Assembly: GCA_964610055.1 (NCBI GenBank)
Contig: CAZSUC010000002.1
Coordinates: forward strand, 82,283 to 146,282
Direction of reading: 5' to 3'
Length of the DNA stretch: 64,000 nucleotides
Source of the DNA: an uncultured Candidatus Saccharibacteria bacterium
GTDB taxonomy: Bacteria; Patescibacteriota; Andersenbacteria; UBA10190
Position numbers and translations under genes: made by a program. Positions within the stretch are counted from its first letter, which is position 1; every line of letters starts with the position of its first letter. Of the stretch, positions 57,989 through 64,000 are shown one piece after another. The notes below the pieces were generated by a model. That model was not told where the DNA came from and did no database searches. It was given only the letters and a program-made list of their open reading frames with translations.

Positions 57989-58753
57989 ATGCCTGAAGTT
58001 TTAGCAATCGTTAATCAAAAAGGGGGCGTAGGTAAAACTACGACGAGTGTTAATTTGGGCAGTTATTTAGCAGAAGCAGGTAAGCAAGTGGTGGTCATTG
58101 ATATGGATCCGCAAGGAAATGCTTCTTCTAGCTTAGGGGCTAAGTTAGGCGAAAATGATCCGTCGGTGTATGAGGTGTTGATTGGCCAGAAGACGGCAGC
58201 TGATGCTATTTATGAAACTAATCAAAAAAATCTGTATATTATTCCAGCTGTGCCGGATTTAGTTGGGGCTGGGATTGAATTGATGGATCAAACTTATCGC
58301 GAATATCGTTTACGACGAGCGGTGAAAACAATTTTGCCGCATTTTGATTTTGTTTTAATTGATTGTCCTCCGAGTTTAGGATTGTTGACTGTAAACGCGT
58401 TAGCAGCGGCGCACAAAGTGTTGATTCCTGTGCAGTGTGAATATTATGCCTTAGAAGGATTGCATCAGCTGCTCAATACAATTGAAATGGTGCGACAGCA
58501 TTTAAATCCGCAAATCCAGGTGTTGGGGGCAGTATTGACAATGTATGATCGCAGAACGGCTTTTTCTCGAAAAATTGTTAAGGAAGTGCGACGAACTTTT
58601 CCAGGATATGTCTTTGATAGTGTGATTCCGCGAAATACAGAATTAGCGGAAGCGCCGGCGAGCGGCAAAACTATTTTGGAATATGCTCGGCATTCACGCG
58701 GGGCGAGAGCGTATGAATATTTATCAGAAGAAATCTTAAACTTATATCTATGA
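57989..58753 (+). CDS. parA: chromosome partitioning ATPase ParA/Soj
   Basis: IVNQKGGVGKTTTSVNLG deviant Walker A. Confidence 0.9.
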   Translation: MPEVLAIVNQKGGVGKTTTSVNLGSYLAEAGKQVVVIDMDPQGNASSSLGAKLGENDPSVYEVLIGQKTAADAIYETNQKNLYIIPAVPDLVGAGIELMDQTYREYRLRRAVKTILPHFDFVLIDCPPSLGLLTVNALAAAHKVLIPVQCEYYALEGLHQLLNTIEMVRQHLNPQIQVLGAVLTMYDRRTAFSRKIVKEVRRTFPGYVFDSVIPRNTELAEAPASGKTILEYARHSRGARAYEYLSEEILNLYL

Positions 58754-60228
58754 CACCATTAGGAAGGGGGCTAGCGTCATTGATTCCGCGGCGGGAGCCG
58801 CAGGAGGCGGATGATATGCTGGCGCAAATTGATTCAGTGGAGGAATTTGAAGGGCAAGAGCCCAAGATTGTGACAGAGCTAAAAGAAAGAGAGGCAGCGC
58901 GAACAGAAGAAAAAGCAGAAGTTAATAAAGTAGAAGTTGAAGCGACCGTGCGAGCGGCGCGACCGAAGCGGTTAGATGTGGTTGAAGAAGAGGAAGCAGA
59001 TGTGATGGAAGCAGAAACAGAGAATGAGAATGAAGAGGAAGGCGACGATATTTTTGCTGAGATTGAACAGGACGAGATTGATGAAGAAGAGCAAGAAGAA
59101 CTGAAAGAAGATGATGAACTTAGTCATGTGGATGATGATGTATTGGAATTTGAAGTTATAGACGAAGAGGATGAAGACGAAGAAGAACCAGAAGAGGAAT
59201 CAAGTGAAGAAGTTGAAGAAGATGAGAGTGACGAAGAAGACGAAGATGATTCTGATTGGAATAATGATGAGAGTGAAGACGTTGAAGAAGAAAAGGAGAA
59301 TGTACGAGAAGAAATGGTGGCAGAAATGAAAGAAGGCGCGTTCACATCTGAACCAGAAGATGGAGTCAAGCATTTGTTAGGTGAGAAGGTGGAATATATT
59401 CCAGTCGGCAATATTGCTGTAAATCCTTTGCAACCTCGATATCGATTTGATGATCATGAATTAGAAGATTTGAAACGATCGATTGATCAGCACGGATTAT
59501 TGCAACCATTAGTAGTTAATGTGCGTGATGATGGGTCGTATCAATTAGTAGCAGGTGAGCGGCGGTTGCGCGCGGTTAAACAGTTGGGATGGAGAGAAGT
59601 TCCTTGTGTGATACGAAGTGATATTGCGGGTGATCGGAATCGTTTGGAATTGGCATTAATTGAAAATGTGCAGCGTTCTAATTTGAATCCGATTGAAGAG
59701 GCAATGGGATACCAGCGCTTGAATGAAGAGTATGGCATGACCCACGAAGAGATTGGAGAAAGAGTAGGACGCAGTCGAGTGGGTATAACAAATATTATTC
59801 GGGTATTGCAGTTACCGGCTGAGATTCAGCGTGGATTGATTGAGGGAAAAATTTCAATTGGGCATGCTCGGGCGATTTTAATGATTCCGGACGAGGAAAA
59901 GCAAATTAGATTTTATCATCATGTTGTTGATGAAGGATTGACTGTGCGCAAAGCGGAGAATCGGGCGCGTCGTATTCAGCGAACAATGAAATTGAATGAT
60001 CCGTTAAGGCAAAAGACTCGAGGGCGAGCGCCATTAGCGGTTAAGTATGACGGGCCGTTACAGGATAAGTTTGGTTATAACGCACGGATTAAGTTTGATA
60101 CCACGAAAAATCGTTATGAAATTGTTTTTCATGCGTTTAGTGAAAACGAAGCGGAAGACTTGATTAGTAAATTGTTATCAGGACAAGGACTGCCGGAAGA
60201 ATTAGACGAAGACGTGATTGAAGGGTAA
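58750..60228 (+). CDS. parB: chromosome partitioning protein ParB with an approximately 300-aa N-terminal extension that includes a long poly-acidic tract
   Basis: The C-terminal 200 aa has the ParB box (LLQPLVVNVRDDGSYQLVAGERRLRA), an HTH motif and a dimerisation domain. Residues roughly 60-200 are D/E-rich low complexity (EEDEDEEEPEEESSEEVEEDESDEEDEDDSDW). Confidence 0.85.
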   Translation: MTPLGRGLASLIPRREPQEADDMLAQIDSVEEFEGQEPKIVTELKEREAARTEEKAEVNKVEVEATVRAARPKRLDVVEEEEADVMEAETENENEEEGDDIFAEIEQDEIDEEEQEELKEDDELSHVDDDVLEFEVIDEEDEDEEEPEEESSEEVEEDESDEEDEDDSDWNNDESEDVEEEKENVREEMVAEMKEGAFTSEPEDGVKHLLGEKVEYIPVGNIAVNPLQPRYRFDDHELEDLKRSIDQHGLLQPLVVNVRDDGSYQLVAGERRLRAVKQLGWREVPCVIRSDIAGDRNRLELALIENVQRSNLNPIEEAMGYQRLNEEYGMTHEEIGERVGRSRVGITNIIRVLQLPAEIQRGLIEGKISIGHARAILMIPDEEKQIRFYHHVVDEGLTVRKAENRARRIQRTMKLNDPLRQKTRGRAPLAVKYDGPLQDKFGYNARIKFDTTKNRYEIVFHAFSENEAEDLISKLLSGQGLPEELDEDVIEG

Positions 60229-60236
60229 GTTTTGTG

Positions 60237-62447
60237 CTAATTTTCCGAGGTGGTTTTATAGCCGCATTCTTTGTTGGAGCATCTAATAGTGTTTTTGGCA
60301 CCAAGAACTAAGAGAGAGTTGCACTGTGGGCATTTGTCGCCTGTGGGTTTGCTCCAAAAAGCAGTTTTACAGTCTGGATAACGGTTACAAGCGTAGAAAG
60401 TCTTACCATGGCGGGATTTTTTCTCGATAATTTCTCCTTGGCCACAGGAGGGGCATTTAACGCCAGTACTTTTCTCGATCTTTTTGATTGTTTTGCATTC
60501 AGGGTATCCCGTACAGCCTAAGAATGGTCCGAAGCGGCCTCGTTTGAGAGCCATAGGGCGGCCGCAATTAGGGCAAGTTTCTTTGGAAGCCTCTTCCTCC
60601 ATCTTTTTTTCTTCGCCGATGGCTTCGGTATGTTTACAGGTGGGATAATTAGAGCAGGCTTTGAATTTGCCGAAGCGACCGAGTTTGATCACCATTTCGC
60701 TGCCGCAATCTGGGCAGGCTTCGCCGGTTTTTTCTTCGACTAAATCAGACTTTTTAATTTCTTTGTCTTTAGTTTGAATAGTGGCGTGAAAAGGAGTGTA
60801 AAAAGCCTTAATAACTGGTTGCCATTGTTTGTCGCCCGCAGCAATATCATCGAGAGATGTTTCCATGCTGGCGGTGAAATTAATATCGACAATATTAGGA
60901 AAATGCTCTTTGAGTAAGTTTGTGACAATGGTTCCTATTTCTGTAGGGGTAAACCGTTTATCTTCGTCTTTAGTCACATATTCGCGGCGTTGAATAGTGT
61001 CAATGGTGGGGGCATAAGTACTTGGACGACCAATACCGTGTTCTTCTAAAGCTTTGACAAGGGTGGCTTCAGAGTAGCGAGCAGGCGGTTGGGTAAAGTG
61101 TTGTTCGGGGAGAAGTTTAGATAAATCAATTTTGTCGCCGACGGTTAGTTCAGGCAAAATTGTTTCTTTAAGGTTCGCGTTAGATCCGTAAATTTTAAGG
61201 TAACCATCAAAAGCAACGGTGCTACCATTGGCGCGAAAGATATGATCAGCGGCGGTGACATCGACGCTAACTTGTTTGAGTTGTACCTCTGCCATTTGGC
61301 AGGCCAACATGCGTTGCCAGATCAGACGATAAAGTTTGTACTGACCAGGATCTAAATAATCTTTAATTTTTTCAGGAGAACGGGAAGGATCCGTGGGGCG
61401 AATAGCTTCATGAGCTTCTTGAGCGCCGCGAGATTTGGTCTTATAAAAACGCGGTTTAGGCAAGGTGTATTCAGGACCAAACTGGTATTCAATGGTGCGC
61501 GTAGCAAGAGCAACAGCTTCGGCGGCTAAATTAGTTGAGTCGGTACGCATGTAAGTGATTAATCCAGTCGGGCCTTCATCGCCAATATTGATACCCTCGT
61601 AAAGTTGTTGGGCCAACATCATAGTTTTCTTGGAAGAGAAGCCAAGAGAATTAAAGGCAGTTTGCTGTAAGGTGCTGGTAGTAAAAGGTGGAGGAGGGGT
61701 GCGTTTGCGATCTTTAGCTTCAAGATTTGTAACGGTATAAGTTGCTTTAGCGGTATCAGCGACAATTTGATCAATATCAGTTTTAGATTTTAGACTAAGT
61801 TTGGAAAGTTTTTTCCCGCGAACAGAGAAGAGCTGCGCAGTAAATTCTTCGGCATTTTTAAGAAGGTGAGCAGTAAGTGTCCAATATTCTTCAGGTTTGA
61901 AAGCATTAATTTCTTCTTCGCGTTCAACGATGAGACGAGTTGCAACAGACTGAACGCGACCGGCGGATAAACCACGTCGAACTTTGCGCCATAGTAAAGG
62001 TGATAATTCATATCCAACTAAACGATCTAGGACGCGGCGTGCTTGTTGGGCGTCAACTAGATTTTGGTCTAAGGCGCGTGGATGTTTGATAGCGTTTGTG
62101 ATGGCTGATTTAGTAATCTCGGCAAAAGTGATGCGCTGCATCTGGTCAGGTTTAGTACCGAGAATGTGTGCCAGGTGCCAAGCAATGGCTTCACCTTCGC
62201 GGTCTTCATCAGTAGCGAAGTAAATAGTATCAGCTTTAGCGGCAGCGGCTTTAAGGTCTTTAACGCGCGGGCGAGCTTTTGTGGGAATGAGATAACTAGG
62301 TTCAAAGTTATTTTCAACGTCAACGCCTAATTTACTTTTTGGTAAATCGCGGACGTGACCGTAACTGCTTTGGACTTTAAAACCTTTGCCCAAGTATTTT
62401 TGAATGGTCTTGGCTTTGGCTGGGGATTCGACGATAACAAGTTGCAT
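60237..62447 (-). CDS. topA: DNA topoisomerase I
   Basis: MQLVIVESPAKAKTIQKYLG Toprim start, and four C-terminal C4 zinc-ribbon repeats. 736 aa. Confidence 0.95.
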   Translation of the reverse strand: MQLVIVESPAKAKTIQKYLGKGFKVQSSYGHVRDLPKSKLGVDVENNFEPSYLIPTKARPRVKDLKAAAAKADTIYFATDEDREGEAIAWHLAHILGTKPDQMQRITFAEITKSAITNAIKHPRALDQNLVDAQQARRVLDRLVGYELSPLLWRKVRRGLSAGRVQSVATRLIVEREEEINAFKPEEYWTLTAHLLKNAEEFTAQLFSVRGKKLSKLSLKSKTDIDQIVADTAKATYTVTNLEAKDRKRTPPPPFTTSTLQQTAFNSLGFSSKKTMMLAQQLYEGINIGDEGPTGLITYMRTDSTNLAAEAVALATRTIEYQFGPEYTLPKPRFYKTKSRGAQEAHEAIRPTDPSRSPEKIKDYLDPGQYKLYRLIWQRMLACQMAEVQLKQVSVDVTAADHIFRANGSTVAFDGYLKIYGSNANLKETILPELTVGDKIDLSKLLPEQHFTQPPARYSEATLVKALEEHGIGRPSTYAPTIDTIQRREYVTKDEDKRFTPTEIGTIVTNLLKEHFPNIVDINFTASMETSLDDIAAGDKQWQPVIKAFYTPFHATIQTKDKEIKKSDLVEEKTGEACPDCGSEMVIKLGRFGKFKACSNYPTCKHTEAIGEEKKMEEEASKETCPNCGRPMALKRGRFGPFLGCTGYPECKTIKKIEKSTGVKCPSCGQGEIIEKKSRHGKTFYACNRYPDCKTAFWSKPTGDKCPQCNSLLVLGAKNTIRCSNKECGYKTTSEN

Positions 62448-62481
62448 ATGTTTTGGAGTAAAACGTTATTTAAAGATTGAG

Positions 62482-63354
62482 TCAAGTGTGGACATATTTG
62501 AGGTTGCCGAGATGACGAACGAGTTCGAGTAATTCTAACTCGATTAAGGCAGCAGATAAGTCGGCAGCGGATAGATTTGTGGCTTGAATAATATCATCAA
62601 TGTGTTGAGGTTCGGCGGTAAGAGCCGCCATGATTTTTGTTTGAACAGGAGAAAGATCGGTGACTGGTAGTGGCGCGGTTTCGTCTTGTTCAAGATGAAA
62701 AAGTTCGTAAATATCAGCCGGTTCAATGATAGGGTAGGCGCCGTCATGTAAAAGATGGTTAGGACCGTAGCTAAGAGGATCGGTGATGGGGCCGGGAATA
62801 ATAGCAACATCACGACCTTGTTCTAAGGCGAGGCGGGCAGTGATTAAAGAGCCGGATTTAGCGGCGGCTTGGACAACTAGAGTAACAGGACAGAGTCCGG
62901 AGATGATCCGATTGCGTTCCGGAAAAAAGTGAGGACGAGCAATAGTACCTGGAGAATGTTCGGTGATAAGGAGGCCGTGATTACCAAGGATTTCCTGGGC
63001 AAGCTTGAGGTGATTACGAGGATAGATAGACGCGTCATCAATACCGGAACCTAAAACAGCAATAGTAGGTTGACCGGCGGCGAGGCTAAAGCGATGAGCT
63101 AAAGCATCAATTCCAAAAGCTAGACCAGAGACGGTTATAAGTCCGCGACGGATAGCGGGAGGGAGAACATGTTGTAAACTTTGTTTGCCATAAGCGTTAG
63201 CTTTGCGGCTGCCAACAACGGCCAGAAGAAACGGATGAGTGAGAAGGTCGAGATTGCCACGGCAATATAATTGAGTCGGGGGTTGGGGAATGTGACGTAG
63301 TAAAGAAGGAAAGCCGGGGTTATCGGCGGAAAGGATGTGGATGTCGGAATCCAT
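62482..63354 (-). CDS. dprA: DNA processing protein DprA (Smf)
   Basis: LVVQAAAKSGSLITARLALEQGRDVAIIPG Rossmann-like DprA core. Confidence 0.85.
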   Translation of the reverse strand: MDSDIHILSADNPGFPSLLRHIPQPPTQLYCRGNLDLLTHPFLLAVVGSRKANAYGKQSLQHVLPPAIRRGLITVSGLAFGIDALAHRFSLAAGQPTIAVLGSGIDDASIYPRNHLKLAQEILGNHGLLITEHSPGTIARPHFFPERNRIISGLCPVTLVVQAAAKSGSLITARLALEQGRDVAIIPGPITDPLSYGPNHLLHDGAYPIIEPADIYELFHLEQDETAPLPVTDLSPVQTKIMAALTAEPQHIDDIIQATNLSAADLSAALIELELLELVRHLGNLKYVHT

Positions 63355-63370
63355 GTGGTTAATTGAACCA

Positions 63371-64000
63371 CTATTTTAAACAATCAACCAGCCGGTTAAT
63401 TAAGTTAGGGGTAATTTGGTCTACTCCTAAAGAGAGGGTTTGATTAGAGGCCTGCCAATTACCGAGAGAGCCAATTGTTTGTAAGAGTGCGACGGGATTT
63501 TTTACGGTTAGAATAAGTCGATAATATGGATCTTCATCCGAAGGAGTAATTTCTTGATACGTGAGGCGAGTAATGCCGTGAGTGACAGCGTGGTGCTGCA
63601 ATGTAAGGATTAAAATAAGCTGAATGGTTTCAGGCGGAAGGGGGCCGTATTTTTGAATAAGTTGATTAGTTTCTTGATTTAAGGAAGCGAGATCGCGGGC
63701 ACGAGCTAAACGTTGATAAGTATGAACTCGCAGAGTTGAGTCGGCAATGTAATGTTCAGGAATAGCGGTACTAAAAGGAACACTGATTTCAATATCGCGT
63801 CGAGAAGGTCCGGTGATTTGGTGGTGAACAAAATCTTGAACTAAATCAAGGTAGAACTGAATGCCGACAGCGTTAACACTGCCGGATTGCTCGGCGCCAA
63901 GTAAATTGCCAGCACCGCGGATTTCAAGGTCGCGTTGAGCTAACGACCAGCCTGAGCCAAGACGCGAGGCTTCTGTTAAAGCAGTGAGACGTTGGCGTTG
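63371..64000 (-). CDS. mfd: transcription-repair coupling factor Mfd, C-terminal part; continues beyond the window end
   Basis: The minus-strand frame stays open to base 64000. DLEIRGAGNLLGAEQSGSVNAVGIQFYLDL (end of helicase motif VI/TRG region) is followed by a TRCF C-terminal domain (...LIQKYGPLPPETIQL...). Confidence 0.6.
   Translation of the reverse strand, partial: QRQRLTALTEASRLGSGWSLAQRDLEIRGAGNLLGAEQSGSVNAVGIQFYLDLVQDFVHHQITGPSRRDIEISVPFSTAIPEHYIADSTLRVHTYQRLARARDLASLNQETNQLIQKYGPLPPETIQLILILTLQHHAVTHGITRLTYQEITPSDEDPYYRLILTVKNPVALLQTIGSLGNWQASNQTLSLGVDQITPNLINRLVDCLK

Noticed and set aside
59124-59411. 95-aa Ser-rich minus-strand ORF
   Set aside because: It is the reverse-complement reading of the GAA/GAT-rich poly-acidic tract of parB, a low-complexity artefact.
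1-64000. CRISPR array, reverse transcriptase/DGR, transposase/IS elements, rRNA genes
   Set aside because: No short regularly spaced direct repeats, no RT motifs (YxDD) in any long ORF, no DDE transposase-like ORFs or terminal inverted repeats, and no rRNA-like regions were seen. The surface-protein genes therefore show no evidence of DGR-mediated hypervariation within this window.

Overview
This 64-kb window reads as a gene-dense stretch from a small-genome bacterium with about 45% GC and standard genetic code; the long ORFs are not interrupted by TGA. Gene content points to a CPR/Patescibacteria-like or other monoderm lineage (inference only): a type IV pilus locus with no secretin, a class II B12-dependent ribonucleotide reductase, a type-2 IleRS, and many compact or overlapping genes. 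Main blocks: (1) nrdJ (5'-truncated), a SAM methyltransferase, pepA, and znuCB on the opposite strand. (2) A 13-kb + strand pilus locus at 6.8-19.8 kb: pilB-pilC, two pilin-like genes with class-III signal peptides, a PMT/GT39-family glycosyltransferase, a PilX-like protein, then two tandem paralogous pilM-pilN-pilO-small-TM modules, followed by a nucleotidyltransferase, a DsbA-like protein and a PrsW-like protease. (3) A eukaryote-like UDP-xylose synthase (-), VanZ (+), rplT-rpmI-infC (-), smpB (+), and directly downstream an ssrA (tmRNA) gene that the ORF track misses. (4) Right after tmRNA, a roughly 2-kb accessory islet (25.7-27.7 kb) with a GC-rich orphan ORF and three monocistronic units, each with a near-consensus sigma70 promoter and an intrinsic terminator. 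(5) A housekeeping run: a SulP transporter, DUF167, a ROK-like kinase, an SDR, argS, ileS, recO, a DUF11 surface protein, tgt, glyS, an M16 peptidase, an AI-2E transporter, tatD, rarA and leuS. (6) A 1130-aa FG-GAP/FN3/PKD/CarboxypepD_reg polytopic surface protein, a sugar nucleotidyltransferase, ugd (-) and an MFS transporter. (7) tRNA-Leu(CAA) (-), parA, a parB with a giant poly-acidic N-terminal extension, topA (-), dprA (-) and the 3' end of mfd (-). No CRISPR, reverse transcriptase, integrase or transposase was seen. The most notable candidates are the glycosyltransferase-bearing duplicated pilus machinery locus and the tmRNA-adjacent islet.
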